Positions 35,215 through 45,954 of a DNA stretch of 64,000 bases are shown here, piece after piece (the first letter of the stretch is position 1; each line of letters opens with the position of its first letter). The DNA is taken from the NCBI GenBank assembly GCA_035316025.1, contig DATFXL010000102.1, positions 1,195 through 65,194 of the forward strand, given 5' to 3'. The position numbers and the translations under genes are program-made. The DNA comes from Acidimicrobiia bacterium (GTDB taxonomy: Bacteria > Actinomycetota > Acidimicrobiia > IMCC26256 > JACDBD01). The notes under the pieces are model-generated. The model saw only the letters and a program-made list of their open reading frames with translations. It was not told the origin of the DNA and searched no databases.

Positions 35215-36084
35215 GTGCTGGAGCGACCCGAGTACCCGCCCGGTGTCCCGTGCTGGATCGACACTGCGCAACCGGATCCCGACGCCGCGACCCTGTTCTA
35301 TGGCGGGCTGTTCGGGTGGGAGTTCGAGAACCACATGCCGGCCGGCGCGCCGGGCAAGTACTTCATGGCCCGCCTTCACGGCCGTGACGTCGCCGCGGTG
35401 GGCTCCCAGCCCGAGGGCGCACCCCCGATGCCGGTGTGGACCACCTACATCGCCGTCGCCGATGCCGATGCGGCGGCGGCGAAGGTGACGAAGGCGGGCG
35501 GGAGCACGCTCGCCGAGCCGTTCGACGTGTTCGAGGCCGGGCGCATGGGCGTGTTCTCGGATCCGCAGGGGGCGGCGTTCTCGGTATGGCAGGCGAAGCA
35601 GACCATCGGCGCCCAGCTCGTCAACGACCCGGGAACCTGGAACTTCAGCGACCTCAACACTCGTGACCGGGACGGCGCCGCCGCCTTCTACGGCGAGGTC
35701 TTCGGCTGGGTCGCCGAGACCTTGGAAGGAGGCGGGATGGAATTCTCGTTCCTGCGCCTCCCGGGGTACGGAGACTTCCTCGTCGAGAAGGTGAACCCGG
35801 ACCTGCGAGCCGGGCAGGCGGAAGCGGGCGCGCCGTCCGGGTTCGAGGATGTCGTCGCCGGACTGGTGCCGATGACGAGCGATCGGTTCCCGGACGACGT
35901 GCCGCCGCACTGGAGCGTCACGTTCGCGGTCGACGACGCCGACGCGAGCGCAGCCCGGGCCGAAGAGCTCGGCGGCACGATCGTGGCACCCCCGATGGAC
36001 GCAGGACCGACTCGCATTGCAGTCGTGCGCGACCCACAAGGCGCGGTGTTCACGGTGAGTCGGTTCTACCCGGAGCGCTTATGA
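35215..36084 (+). CDS. VOC (glyoxalase/bleomycin-resistance) family protein, two-domain
   Basis: GTG 35215 after GGAAGGAG. Duplicated FYGGLFGW.F / FYGEVFGW modules. Confidence 0.7.
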   Translation: MLERPEYPPGVPCWIDTAQPDPDAATLFYGGLFGWEFENHMPAGAPGKYFMARLHGRDVAAVGSQPEGAPPMPVWTTYIAVADADAAAAKVTKAGGSTLAEPFDVFEAGRMGVFSDPQGAAFSVWQAKQTIGAQLVNDPGTWNFSDLNTRDRDGAAAFYGEVFGWVAETLEGGGMEFSFLRLPGYGDFLVEKVNPDLRAGQAEAGAPSGFEDVVAGLVPMTSDRFPDDVPPHWSVTFAVDDADASAARAEELGGTIVAPPMDAGPTRIAVVRDPQGAVFTVSRFYPERL

Positions 36085-36671
36085 GCACCGTCGACCTCAC
36101 GCCGGCGGCACGACGGCTCGCCGACCTGGTCGCCGGCGTAGGCGACGACATGCTCGACGCGCCCACGCCGAATCCTGCGTACACGCTCGGCGACCTCATT
36201 GACCACATCGGCGGGGCGGCGATCGCCTTCACCGGCGCGGCCGTGAAGGACATGAGTGAATTGACGGGCACCGCGGCGTCGGGTGACGCGTCACGACTTA
36301 CCGACGAATGGCGTCTCCGGATCCCGCGCGACCTGATCGGGCTGGCCGAGGCGTGGCGCGACCCCTCCGCATGGACCGGGATGACCCGGGCCGGTGGGGT
36401 CGACCTGCCGGGCGAGGTGGCCGGGGTCGTAGCACTGGACGAGCTGGTGGTCCACGGGTGGGATGTCGCCCGCGCCACCGGACAGGACTACGAAAGCGAC
36501 CAGCCGTCGCTGGAGGCGGTGCACGTCTTCGTGACGCAGTTCTCGGAACCCGGAATGGAGGAGGCGCGCGCGGGGCTGTTCGGTCCCGTGGTCGACGTGG
36601 CCGACGACGCTCCGTTGCTCGAGCGCGTCATCGGCCTCACCGGCCGCGACCCGGCCTGGTTGCCCGGCTGA
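36081..36671 (+). CDS. DinB/MDMPI_N-like metal-binding protein (TIGR03086-like)
   Basis: 4-nt overlap with the upstream gene. N-terminal ...L.APTP...W.LGDLIDHI... pattern. Family call is from memory. Confidence 0.5.
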   Translation: MSTVDLTPAARRLADLVAGVGDDMLDAPTPNPAYTLGDLIDHIGGAAIAFTGAAVKDMSELTGTAASGDASRLTDEWRLRIPRDLIGLAEAWRDPSAWTGMTRAGGVDLPGEVAGVVALDELVVHGWDVARATGQDYESDQPSLEAVHVFVTQFSEPGMEEARAGLFGPVVDVADDAPLLERVIGLTGRDPAWLPG

Positions 36672-36762
36672 GCCGGACCGTCTGCGACTGACCCGGATAG
36701 GCCTTGTCGCGCTCGAGGAGAAGGCCCATCCGACTTGGCCGGGGCGGGATGGACGGCGCACA

Positions 36763-37506
36763 ATGGAAGGTCCCCGGATGCCGACGAGGCCCGATCCCAT
36801 GGCCGACAACGCCGACAACACCCTGATCGCTGAGCCGCGCAGCGTCGTCGGGAGCCGTCCCGCGGGCCGCCTGCGTCGCGAGGGCAAGGTCCCGGCCGTG
36901 ATGTACGGCCTCGACACCGAGACGGCCAACGTCACCGTGCCGAGCCGGAAGCTCAACCACATCCTGGCGGGGGAGTCGGGCGCCAACACGCTCATCACCC
37001 TCGAACTGGATGGCGAGGAGCACCTCGCGCTCGCCCGGCAGATCCAGCGGCATCCGACCCGGGGGGACCTCCTGCACGTCGACTTCATCCGGGTGCGGCG
37101 CGACGTGGCAGTCGCCGCCGAGATCCCCGTCCACCTCGCCGGCGAGCCCGAAGGCGTCCGAGACGGCGGCATCCTCGAGCAGCTTGTGTTCACGCTCAGC
37201 ATCGAGGCCAAGCCCGAGGACATCCCGCCGAGCGTCGAGGCCGATGTCTCCGCCCTCGAGATCGGCGACCAGCTGCGCATCGCCGACCTGCGGCTGCCAC
37301 CGGGCGTCGCCGTCCAGCAGGAAGCCGACGAGCTGGTCGTGCAGGTCATCGTCCCGCGCGTCGTCGAGGAGCCGGAAGCGGTCGAGGCGGGCGAGGAGAT
37401 CGAGGGCGAGGCGCCGGAGGGCGAGGAGGGCGAGGTCGGGCCGGCCGCCGAAGGCGGCGAAGGCGGCGAAGCCGCCGCGTCCTCCGACGAGTCCTCCGCG
37501 AGCTGA
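36763..37506 (+). CDS. rplY: 50S ribosomal protein L25/general stress protein Ctc
   Basis: GRLRREGKVPAVMYG...ANTLITLELDGE..LALARQIQRHP..G.LLHVDF, with an acidic tail. The true start may be ATG 36778 or 36799. Confidence 0.9.
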   Translation: MEGPRMPTRPDPMADNADNTLIAEPRSVVGSRPAGRLRREGKVPAVMYGLDTETANVTVPSRKLNHILAGESGANTLITLELDGEEHLALARQIQRHPTRGDLLHVDFIRVRRDVAVAAEIPVHLAGEPEGVRDGGILEQLVFTLSIEAKPEDIPPSVEADVSALEIGDQLRIADLRLPPGVAVQQEADELVVQVIVPRVVEEPEAVEAGEEIEGEAPEGEEGEVGPAAEGGEGGEAAASSDESSAS

Positions 37507-37510
37507 CCGC

Positions 37511-38101
37511 GTGCGGCTGCGGCCGCGCCGGGGAACGCCGGCCGACCTGCTCGTCGTCGGGCTCGGCAACCCCGGCGACGAGTTTCGGGGCTCTCGCCAC
37601 AACCTCGGCGCCGAGGTCGTCGAGCTGATCGCCCAGCGGCACGGCGGTCGTCTGCGCAAGCGCAAGGAGCGCGCGCTGGTCGACGAGGTCACCATCGACG
37701 GCAGGCGTGTCGCGCTGGCAGTCCCGTTGACGTACGTCAACGACTCCGGCAACGCCGTCGGCGCACTCGTCCGGCGGTTCGGAGTGGCGTCGGAGCAGCT
37801 CGTCGTCGTGCACGACGAGCTCGATTTACCCGTCGCCGAGCTCAAGGTGAAGTCGGGCGGCGGCCTCGCCGGCCACAACGGGCTGCGCTCGATCGTCGCC
37901 CACCTGCATACCCAGGACTTCCTGCGGGTGCGCCTCGGCGTCGGCAAGCCGGTGTCGAAGGAGCGCGGCGCCGACCACGTGCTGAACCGGTTGAGCAAGC
38001 GCGAGCGGGCCGACGTCGACGTGACCGTCGAGCAGGCGGCGGACGCGGTTGAGACGATCGCGCTCGAGGGCGTCGACGCGGCGATGAACCGCTTCAACTG
38101 A
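37511..38101 (+). CDS. pth: Peptidyl-tRNA hydrolase
   Basis: GTG 37511. LVVGLGNPG..F.GSRHNLG...HDELDLP.......GGGLAGHNGLRS. Confidence 0.95.
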   Translation: MRLRPRRGTPADLLVVGLGNPGDEFRGSRHNLGAEVVELIAQRHGGRLRKRKERALVDEVTIDGRRVALAVPLTYVNDSGNAVGALVRRFGVASEQLVVVHDELDLPVAELKVKSGGGLAGHNGLRSIVAHLHTQDFLRVRLGVGKPVSKERGADHVLNRLSKRERADVDVTVEQAADAVETIALEGVDAAMNRFN

Positions 38102-38107
38102 GGTGAC

Positions 38108-39895
38108 GTGACATCGGAGCCGGTGCCGCGACGGACGCTCGCGTACCTCGCAATCGGGGCAGTGGCCGTTCGCATCGTCTATCTGATCGCGTTGGCGCGC
38201 GACTACGGGCCGCGTAGCGACGCCAACCATTACCAGGCGATCGCATCCGCATTCGCGCACGGCAACGGGATCTCGGCGCCCTTCCCCTTCACGTACTTGC
38301 ACCCCACGGCGTTCCGCCCGCCGCTGTACCCAGCGCTGCTCGGCGCCCTGTACTGGGTCACGGGCGTCCACGTCGGGGCCGGCCAGCTCCTGAATGTCGC
38401 GCTCGGCGCCCTTGTCGTGGTGCTCGCAGCCGTGCTCGGCGCGCGGATCGCCGGGCGCCGTGGAGGTGTGGCGGCCGGTGTCGTGGTCGCGATCTACCCG
38501 CCGCTCCTCGCCAACGACGTCGTGCTCCTGAGCGAGCCCCTCTCGCTCGTGCTGCTGCTGGCGATGATCCTGCTGCTGATCCGGGATCGACCGGCCTGGG
38601 CCGGGGCGGCCTGCGGACTCCTCGTGCTCACCCGGCCCAGCGCGCAGCTCCTCGTGGTGGTCATCGCGGCATGGCTCGTCTGGCGGACCGGATGGCGCGC
38701 CGCAGTTCGGTTCGCGGTGCTGACGGTCGTGGTGGTTGCACCATGGGTCGTTCGCAACTGGGTCCTCGTCGGCTCGCCCACGATCGTCACTTCCAATGGC
38801 TTCAACCTCGTGTCGACGTACTCCCGGGAAGCGCAAGCTTCGGGCGGCTTCGCCGACGCCGTCTTCGACGACCGTTTCACGCGCATCAACCAGACAAATC
38901 GCAACGAGGTGGAGCTCGACCGCGCCTACCGCGACCACGCTCTCGAGTCGGTGCGAGACGATCCGACGATCCCCGCGCGCGTGCTCGGTCACAACGTCAC
39001 CAACCTCTTCGAGCTCCGTCCCGAAGAGAATGAGAGCGCCGAGCGCTCCGACGGACGGAACATCACGTTCCGATACGCGACGCTGCCGCTGTTCTACGTC
39101 GTCACGGTGGCGGGACTGGTCGGGCTCTGGCGGTTCCGACGTAACCGCGGCGCCGAGCTCCTGCTGCTGCAAGCCGCGTACTTCGTCGTGGCCAGCCTCG
39201 CCACCATCTCCGTGCCGCGGCTGCGCGCGCCCCTCGACCTCGCGGCCGCCATCGGCGCCGGGCTCCTCGTTGCCCAGCTCGTCGGACGGCGGGCGGGGAA
39301 GGAACCTGCGGCTGCGGTCGAGACGACCGAGCCGGCGCCGACCCCAACCGGCGGGAGCACGCGCACGCGCTTCCTCGTCGCGCTGGCGGTCGCCGCCGCG
39401 GTGGTCGTCGTCGCCGCCGGTGTCGCCTTCGCGCGGGACCGCGTCGACGGGAACGCGCGGTCGCAGCTCGAGGAGACGATCTCACGTGACGTTCCCGCCG
39501 TGCGGCGCCTCGCCGGGGTCGACGCCCACGGGCTGGTCGCGGGCGGACCGGCGCCTGCCCCGGCCGACTACTGGCGCGCCGCGAGGCTCGCCGACCGACT
39601 CTGGCTCCTTTCGCCCCGGCTGGCGGGCGGGGCGCGGAGTCGCGCGCTTGACGCGGCCCGCACGACCGACGAGGCGCTGTTCGAGCTCAAGGTGCTCGAC
39701 GTCGTCACGGGCGGCAACCGCGACCCGGACACTCCGCCTGCCATCGCGCTCGACGCATCACGCGCCACGTACGAATCCGACGCCCGCCCCGACCACCCAC
39801 GCCTCCCCGACTGGGACACCATCAGCAAGAACCCAGCGATGCGGCGGGCGGCGCATGAGCTCGCCGTGCTCCGAACGACGCTCGCCCGTCGGTGA
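38108..39895 (+). CDS. Polytopic membrane glycosyltransferase-like protein (GT39/GT83, ArnT/PMT-like) with C-terminal extra-membrane domain
   Basis: About 10 TM helices. N-terminal loop DANHYQAIASAFAHGNG...RPPLYPALLGALYWVTG. A ~200-aa soluble tail follows a last TM helix. Confidence 0.6.
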   Translation: MTSEPVPRRTLAYLAIGAVAVRIVYLIALARDYGPRSDANHYQAIASAFAHGNGISAPFPFTYLHPTAFRPPLYPALLGALYWVTGVHVGAGQLLNVALGALVVVLAAVLGARIAGRRGGVAAGVVVAIYPPLLANDVVLLSEPLSLVLLLAMILLLIRDRPAWAGAACGLLVLTRPSAQLLVVVIAAWLVWRTGWRAAVRFAVLTVVVVAPWVVRNWVLVGSPTIVTSNGFNLVSTYSREAQASGGFADAVFDDRFTRINQTNRNEVELDRAYRDHALESVRDDPTIPARVLGHNVTNLFELRPEENESAERSDGRNITFRYATLPLFYVVTVAGLVGLWRFRRNRGAELLLLQAAYFVVASLATISVPRLRAPLDLAAAIGAGLLVAQLVGRRAGKEPAAAVETTEPAPTPTGGSTRTRFLVALAVAAAVVVVAAGVAFARDRVDGNARSQLEETISRDVPAVRRLAGVDAHGLVAGGPAPAPADYWRAARLADRLWLLSPRLAGGARSRALDAARTTDEALFELKVLDVVTGGNRDPDTPPAIALDASRATYESDARPDHPRLPDWDTISKNPAMRRAAHELAVLRTTLARR

Positions 39896-39933
39896 GGCGC
39901 GCATCATGGCGGTACGCTCGGAGCCCGCGTGCC

Positions 39934-39957
39934 ACCCCCGGTCGGAACCGGTCGGGG
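39934..39957 (+). terminator. Candidate intrinsic terminator hairpin
   Basis: CCCCCGGTCG-GAAC-CGGTCGGGGG (10-bp stem including 2 G:U), followed by CCCTTTG. Confidence 0.35.
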
Positions 39958-39995
39958 GCCCTTTGCGCGCGCCACGACCCACGGATGCGAATCGG

Positions 39996-42900
39996 ATGAC
40001 GACGATCGAAACCCCGACCACCGACGCGCTGACCGAGCTCCCGATGTTGCTGTCCGAGGAGACGGCCGTGCGCGCCGTGATCGACCGCGCGCCGGTCGTG
40101 GCGGTGCCCGAGCCGGCCCGCGCGCTGTACCTCGCCGCCCTGACCCGGGTCACGACCCGCCGTCCCGTCCTCGTCGCTGTGCCCACTGCGGCCGAAGCCG
40201 AGCGCGTCGCCCATGACCTCACCCGCTACCTCGGACCCGACGCGGACGTCGAGCTCTTCCCGGCCTGGGAGACCCTCCCCTTCGAGCGGGTCTCGCCCTC
40301 CCTCGAGACGATGGGCCGTCGCCTCCGAGTGATCTGGGAAATGCGCACGGGCGGCGAGCACCTGCCGGACGTCGTCGTCGCGCCCGTCCGCGCTCTCGTC
40401 CAGCGCCTCGGCCCCCACGTCGAGGACGTCGAGCCCATCCGCATCCATCCCGGTGCGCAGCTCGACCGTGACGCCCTCGTCACCCGGCTCGTCGCGTTCG
40501 GGTACCGGCGCGAATACCAGGTCGAGGCGCGCGGCGAAGTCGCCGTACGCGGGTCGATCGTCGACGTGTACCCGGCGACGGACGATCATCCGACTCGGAT
40601 CGACCTTTGGGGAGACGAGGTCGACCGCCTGTCGCGTTTCTCGGTCGCCGACCAGCGCTCGACCGACGAGATCGACGAGGCGTGCGTCTTCCCGGCCCGG
40701 GAGCTGCTGGCGACCGACGAGGTGCGCAAGCGCGCCGCCGCCCTCGTCGGACGCGAGCCTTGGGGCCGCGAGCAGTGGGACCGCCTCGCCGATGGCCAGG
40801 TGTTCGACGGCATGGAGTCGTGGCTGCCGTGGCTGTCCGACCACGAGCACGTCCTGCCCGACCTGCTGTCCGACGACGCCGCCGTGCTGCTGGTCGAGCC
40901 CAAGCGCACGCGCGACCGCGCCCAGGAGCTGCTCGACGAGGAGGCCGCGCTGGCGTCGACACTGGCAGCGACGTGGGGCGCGAGCGCGGGCCGACCATTT
41001 CCGCGGCTCTCCTTGCCGTTCGACCGGTTGCTCGCCCACACGAAGGCGGGGGCGACGGCAGTGCTCGCCGCGCCCGAGTCGCCCGCCACGCCTCTCCTCG
41101 CGGCATCCGGCTTCGACCCCGTCGTCGGCGACACCGAGGGCCTCACCCGCCGGCTGCGCACCCTGCGGAACGGCGGCGCCCGTGTCGTGCTCGCCGCCGA
41201 CGGCGAAGGGACTGCAGGACGACTGCACGACGTGCTCGGGGGCGAAGGCATCACGACCGTGCGCGGCGTGGTTCCCGGGGAGATCGGGATCGTCGTCGCC
41301 CCACTCGAGCGGGGCGTGATCGTCCCCGCAGCCGGGCTCGCGGTCATCGCCGAGGCCGACCTCACCGGCCGACGCCGTGTGCATCGGCGGCCGCGCGGTG
41401 CGCGCCGGGGCGCCGACTTCTATGACGCGCTCGAACCCGGCGATTTCGTCGTGCACTATCAGCACGGGGTCGGCCGCTACAAGGAGATGACGACCCGCTC
41501 CATCGGCGGTATCGAACGCGACTACCTGCTGATCGAGTACCGCGGCGGCGACAAGCTCTATGTGCCGACCGACCAGGTCGGCGCGGTCCGCCGATACACC
41601 GGCGGCGACACTCCCACGCTGAACCGCATGGGCGGGAGCGACTGGGAGAAGACGCGCGCACGCGTCCGGTCCGCCGTGCGTGAGATTGCCCAGGAGCTCG
41701 TCGTCCTCTACCGCCGCCGCCTGGCCACCCCCGGTCACGCCTTCGGTCCCGACACGCCGTGGCAGCGGGAGATCGAGGAGGCATTCCCCTTCGAGGAGAC
41801 TCCCGACCAGGCCAAGGCGATCGAGGACGTGAAGGCCGACATGGAGAGGGCCGTCCCCATGGATCGTCTCGTCTGCGGCGACGTCGGCTACGGCAAGACG
41901 GAGGTCGCGATCCGCGCCGCGTTCAAGGCCGTCCAGGACGGCAAGCAGGTCGCGGTACTCGTCCCGACCACGCTGCTGGCGAATCAGCACGGCCAGACGT
42001 TCCGCGAACGCTTCGCGAACTACCCCGTGCGGGTCGAGGTGCTGTCCCGCTTCCTGACCGCCAGGGAGCAGCAGGCGGTGGTCGAAGGACTCGCCGACGG
42101 ATCGGTCGACGTCGTGATCGCCACGCATCGCCTCCTGTCGGGTGACATTCGCTTCGACGACCTCGGCCTGCTCGTCGTCGACGAGGAGCAACGGTTCGGC
42201 GTCCAGCACAAGGAGCTCGTAAAGCAACTGCGAGCCGACGTCGACGTGCTCACGCTGACGGCGACGCCGATCCCGCGCACGCTCGAGATGTCGCTCACCG
42301 GCATCCGCGACCTGTCCCTCGTCAACACGCCACCCGAGGACCGCCAGCCCATCCTCACCTATGTCGGCGAATACGACGAGCGCGCCGCAGCCGAGGCCGT
42401 CCGGCGCGAACTGCTGCGCGAAGGACAGGTGTTCTTCGTCCACAACCGTGTGCGCGACATCGACTACATCGCCGAGCAGCTCCGCGAGCTCGTGCCCGAG
42501 GCTCGTATCGGCATCGCCCACGGGCAGATGGACGAAGGCAGGCTCGAACGCGTCGTGCTCGACTTCTGGGAGCGGGAGTACGACGTGCTCGTCTGCACGA
42601 CCATCGTCGAGAGCGGGCTCGACATCCCGACCGTGAACACCCTCGTCGTCGACCGCTCCGACCTGCTCGGCCTCGCGCAGCTCTACCAGCTTCGGGGCCG
42701 CATCGGCCGCCGCGGCCAGCGGGCGTACGCGTACTTGTTCCATCCGCGCGAGCAGTCGCTCACCGAGGAGGCGTACGAGCGGCTTAAGACGATCGGGGAG
42801 TTCACCGACCTCGGCTCCGGCTTCAAGATCGCGATGCGCGACCTCGAGATCCGCGGCGCCGGCAACATGCTCGGCGCCGAGCAGTCCGGCCACATCGCCG

Positions 42901-43457
42901 CCGTCGGCTTCGACCTGTATTGCCAACTCGTCACCGAGGCCGTCGGCGAGCTGAAGGGCGAGCCTCCGCCGGCGCCGGTCGAAGTGACGATCGACGTCCC
43001 CGTCGACGCTTACCTGCCGAGCGACTACGTGGCGCGCGACGACGTGCGCATGGAGGCGTACCGCCGACTCGCCGCCGTGACGACCCCGGCGGACGTCGAC
43101 GACATCCGCGACGAGTGGGAGGACCGCTACGGCCCTCCGCCGGCGCCGGCGGCCGCGCTCCTCGACGTGGCACGTCTGCGCGCCGAGTGCGTGCGCACGG
43201 GCGTCCGCAGCCTCTCGGTCCAGCGGGGCGTCGCCCGCCTCACCGGGCTCGACCTGCGCGAATCGCAGAAGATCCGGCTACGCCGGCTCGTGCCCGGCGG
43301 CGTTGCCAAGGCCGACGGCGAGGTCGCCATCCCCGTCTCGGGGTCTGGAGCGGCCGTGTGCGCGGCGTTGGTCGAGGTGCTCCGCGAGCTGATTCCCGCC
43401 GACGAGGCCGCGCCGAGCCCGGGGTCTCCACCGAAGCCTTCGATTTCGGTGGGGTGA
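39996..43457 (+). CDS. mfd: Transcription-repair coupling factor
   Basis: ATG 39996 (MTTIETP...). CarD/RID domain, DEAD-box helicase motifs ([18 protein letters not shown]) and TRG motif. The track ORF 5' extension from 38736 overlaps the GT gene and is spurious. Confidence 0.97.
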   Translation: MTTIETPTTDALTELPMLLSEETAVRAVIDRAPVVAVPEPARALYLAALTRVTTRRPVLVAVPTAAEAERVAHDLTRYLGPDADVELFPAWETLPFERVSPSLETMGRRLRVIWEMRTGGEHLPDVVVAPVRALVQRLGPHVEDVEPIRIHPGAQLDRDALVTRLVAFGYRREYQVEARGEVAVRGSIVDVYPATDDHPTRIDLWGDEVDRLSRFSVADQRSTDEIDEACVFPARELLATDEVRKRAAALVGREPWGREQWDRLADGQVFDGMESWLPWLSDHEHVLPDLLSDDAAVLLVEPKRTRDRAQELLDEEAALASTLAATWGASAGRPFPRLSLPFDRLLAHTKAGATAVLAAPESPATPLLAASGFDPVVGDTEGLTRRLRTLRNGGARVVLAADGEGTAGRLHDVLGGEGITTVRGVVPGEIGIVVAPLERGVIVPAAGLAVIAEADLTGRRRVHRRPRGARRGADFYDALEPGDFVVHYQHGVGRYKEMTTRSIGGIERDYLLIEYRGGDKLYVPTDQVGAVRRYTGGDTPTLNRMGGSDWEKTRARVRSAVREIAQELVVLYRRRLATPGHAFGPDTPWQREIEEAFPFEETPDQAKAIEDVKADMERAVPMDRLVCGDVGYGKTEVAIRAAFKAVQDGKQVAVLVPTTLLANQHGQTFRERFANYPVRVEVLSRFLTAREQQAVVEGLADGSVDVVIATHRLLSGDIRFDDLGLLVVDEEQRFGVQHKELVKQLRADVDVLTLTATPIPRTLEMSLTGIRDLSLVNTPPEDRQPILTYVGEYDERAAAEAVRRELLREGQVFFVHNRVRDIDYIAEQLRELVPEARIGIAHGQMDEGRLERVVLDFWEREYDVLVCTTIVESGLDIPTVNTLVVDRSDLLGLAQLYQLRGRIGRRGQRAYAYLFHPREQSLTEEAYERLKTIGEFTDLGSGFKIAMRDLEIRGAGNMLGAEQSGHIAAVGFDLYCQLVTEAVGELKGEPPPAPVEVTIDVPVDAYLPSDYVARDDVRMEAYRRLAAVTTPADVDDIRDEWEDRYGPPPAPAAALLDVARLRAECVRTGVRSLSVQRGVARLTGLDLRESQKIRLRRLVPGGVAKADGEVAIPVSGSGAAVCAALVEVLRELIPADEAAPSPGSPPKPSISVG

Positions 43458-44479
43458 CTATCATCCGCCGCACCGTGAGATCCCTCTTGCGCGGCGCGAT
43501 CGCGCTCGCCGCTCTGGTCGTCGTCGTCGCCCTCGCCGCGAGCTGCAGCTCGGTTCGGCCACCGGCGCTCACGGTGAACGGCAGCGACATCTCGCGTGAC
43601 TCGATCGATCGCGAGCTGACGGCGATCGCCGACAACCCCGATCTGAAGCGGCAGATCTCCGTCACGGAGGGCAGCATCAAGTCTGGTGGCAGCAGCATCT
43701 GGCTTACTCACGTCGTGAGCCAACAGGTCGTCGACCGCGAGGTGCAACGCCGCGGCATCACCGTGCGCGCCGCCGATCGGCGGGCGGGGCAGGCCCAGGC
43801 GGCCAACTTCTTCGGCCCGCAGGCGTTCGCGGCGTTCCCGAAGTGGTTCCGCGACCAGACCGTCGGCGAGTTCGCTCGCGAGCAGGCGCTGTTCCGGGTG
43901 TCGGGCACGCCGCCCAGCGACGCCGATGTGCGTGCTGCGTACCAGGCGGCGATGGCGCAGTTCCGTCAGCAGTGCCCGTCGGGTCGCTTCGTGTCGCACA
44001 TCCTCGTGCCGAGCCAGCAGTTGGCCGCCGGGCTCGCGGCCCAGATCCGGGCCGGGGCGAGCTTCGAGCAGATCGCCAGTCAGCAGTCGACGGACGCGAC
44101 CTCGGCGCGCGACGGCGGCGCGCTCGGTTGCATCGACGGTCAGCAGCTCGTCCCCGCATTCCGGCAGGTCGCTGTTACCCTGCCGCTCAACCAGGTGTCG
44201 GCGCCGGTGCAGACGCAGTTCGGCTGGCACCTCATCCTCGTGCGCGACACGATCCCGTTCGAACAACTCGAGAACGGCTTGCGCCAACGCCTGGAGCAGC
44301 AGTCGCCAGCCGCGCAGCGCAAGCTGGATGCGCGCGTCGCTCGCGCCGACGTGGACGTCGACCCCCGGTACGGACGGTGGGTCGTGCGCGACGGGCGCGG
44401 GCAGGTCGAGCCGCCGCGAGGCGCGGCCCGCCCGGCGAGGACCACGCCTCCCACGACCCTCCCTGAACCGGTCCCGTAG
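43454..44479 (+). CDS. Peptidyl-prolyl cis-trans isomerase lipoprotein (parvulin/SurA-like)
   Basis: GTG 43454 overlaps the mfd stop. Signal peptide with lipobox LAASC. Parvulin core SHILV......GG.LG......FGWHLILV. Confidence 0.75.
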   Translation: MTIIRRTVRSLLRGAIALAALVVVVALAASCSSVRPPALTVNGSDISRDSIDRELTAIADNPDLKRQISVTEGSIKSGGSSIWLTHVVSQQVVDREVQRRGITVRAADRRAGQAQAANFFGPQAFAAFPKWFRDQTVGEFAREQALFRVSGTPPSDADVRAAYQAAMAQFRQQCPSGRFVSHILVPSQQLAAGLAAQIRAGASFEQIASQQSTDATSARDGGALGCIDGQQLVPAFRQVAVTLPLNQVSAPVQTQFGWHLILVRDTIPFEQLENGLRQRLEQQSPAAQRKLDARVARADVDVDPRYGRWVVRDGRGQVEPPRGAARPARTTPPTTLPEPVP

Positions 44480-44481
44480 CC

Positions 44482-45954
44482 GTGGCCGGCCGCATCGTCG
44501 TCGTCGGGCTCGGGCCGGCCGGTGTGGACCTCATGGTGGCGGCCGCTCGGTCGGCGCTCGAAGAGATCCCGAACCGGTACACGCGCACGCTCCGGCATCC
44601 CGCCGTCGACGATCTCGCGGCCGCCGGCGTCGAGCTCCGCAGCTTCGACCACGAGTACGACCGGGCCGGCGACGTCGACGACGTCTACGAACGCATCGCC
44701 ACCGAGCTCCTCGACCGGGCCGCTTCGACCGGCGAGGTCCTGTACGCCGTGCCGGGCAATCCGGCGGTGGCGGAGCGCAGCGTCGAGCTCCTGCGCGAGG
44801 CGGCTGCACGAGGCGAGGTCCTGCTCGACATCGTGCCCGGGCTGTCCTTCGCCGAGCTGGCGTGGGCCCGGCTCGGTGTCGACCCGATGCGGGGCGGGCG
44901 CCTTGCCGACGCCCGCAACCTCACCGCCGAGGACGTCGGCGATGCCGGTCCGCTTCTCGTCGCCCAGTGCGACACGCGCCTCCTGCTCTCGGACGTGAAG
45001 CTCGTGCTGCTCGAGGTCTTGCCCGCCGACGCGCTGGTCACGGTCCTGCAGCGGCTCGGCCGCGAGGACGAGGAGGTGCGCACGGTCGCGCTCACCGAGG
45101 TCGACCGCGCCGTCGAGCCCGACCACCTGACCGCGCTGCTGGTCGACAGCGACGTGAGCGCTGCCGCCCGGGAGCTGGCCCGCCTGCTCGGACTGGCCGA
45201 GCGCCTCCGCGGGCCTGGCGGCTGCCCGTGGGACGCCGATCAGACGCACCACTCGCTCACGCGCTACCTGCTCGAAGAGGCGTACGAGGTCGTCGAGTCG
45301 GTCGAAGCGTTGCCGCCCGATGCTCCTGCGGGCGACGTTCCCGCCGGTGTGTACGGCCACCTCGAGGACGAGCTGGGAGACCTCTTGTACCAAGTGATCT
45401 TCCACGCTGTCCTCGCAGAGGAGGCGGGCGCGTTCGACATGGCCGACGTCGCCCGCCGCATCCACGACAAGCTCGTTCGTCGCCATCCCCACGTGTTCGG
45501 CGACACCGACGCCGCCACCTCGTCGGACGTCATGCGCAACTGGGAGCAGATCAAGAAAGAGGAGAAGGGCGTTTCGTCGATCGTCGCCGGGATCACACCG
45601 GGTCTGCCGTCACTGCTGTACGCGCACAAGCTGATGCGCAAGGCGGCGTCCGTCGGTCTCGACCCGGGCGGGCGGGACGAGGCCCTGGGCCGCCTCGACG
45701 CGGCGTTGGCCGACCTGCGGGCCGGCGGTGGCCGGGATCTCGAGACCGAGCTCGGCGAGCTGCTGGCGGCGGCCATCGTGCTGGCCCGCTCGGGTGGCGT
45801 GGACGCCGAGTCGGCGCTGCGGGGCTGGGCGGTACGGTTCCGGCGTCGATTCGAGGCGATGGAGCGCCGGGCCGCCTCCGAGCGGATCGAGCTGGCGGCG
45901 TTGCCGCCTGACGCGGTGGTGGCGCTGTGGGCGGAGTCGGGGGGAGAGCGGTGA
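44482..45954 (+). CDS. mazG: Nucleoside triphosphate pyrophosphohydrolase MazG with N-terminal tetrapyrrole-methylase-like domain
   Basis: N-terminus IVVVGLGPAG...YAVPGNP (TP_methylase-like). C-terminal tandem MazG modules (CPWD..QTH.SL..YLLEEAYEVVE). Confidence 0.85.
   Translation: MAGRIVVVGLGPAGVDLMVAAARSALEEIPNRYTRTLRHPAVDDLAAAGVELRSFDHEYDRAGDVDDVYERIATELLDRAASTGEVLYAVPGNPAVAERSVELLREAAARGEVLLDIVPGLSFAELAWARLGVDPMRGGRLADARNLTAEDVGDAGPLLVAQCDTRLLLSDVKLVLLEVLPADALVTVLQRLGREDEEVRTVALTEVDRAVEPDHLTALLVDSDVSAAARELARLLGLAERLRGPGGCPWDADQTHHSLTRYLLEEAYEVVESVEALPPDAPAGDVPAGVYGHLEDELGDLLYQVIFHAVLAEEAGAFDMADVARRIHDKLVRRHPHVFGDTDAATSSDVMRNWEQIKKEEKGVSSIVAGITPGLPSLLYAHKLMRKAASVGLDPGGRDEALGRLDAALADLRAGGGRDLETELGELLAAAIVLARSGGVDAESALRGWAVRFRRRFEAMERRAASERIELAALPPDAVVALWAESGGER

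Noticed and set aside
37381-37500. Short tandem GGCGAAGGC/GAGGGCGAG repeats
   Set aside because: These lie inside the L25/Ctc gene and simply encode its acidic Glu/Gly/Ala-rich C-terminal tail. They are not an independent repeat element.
38736-39995. 5' extension of the mfd track ORF (1573 aa total)
   Set aside because: The extension overlaps the GT39-like gene out of frame and is Ser/Arg/Pro-rich. Recognisable Mfd sequence begins at ATG 39996.
39822-42926. 1034-aa ORF antisense to mfd
   Set aside because: Arg/Gly/Asp/Val-rich low-information sequence lying exactly opposite a well-supported mfd frame. This is a typical high-GC shadow ORF.
43926-45911. 661-aa plus-strand ORF across the PPIase and mazG genes
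   Set aside because: Arg-rich nonsense translation. The alternative frames carry parvulin and MazG motifs.
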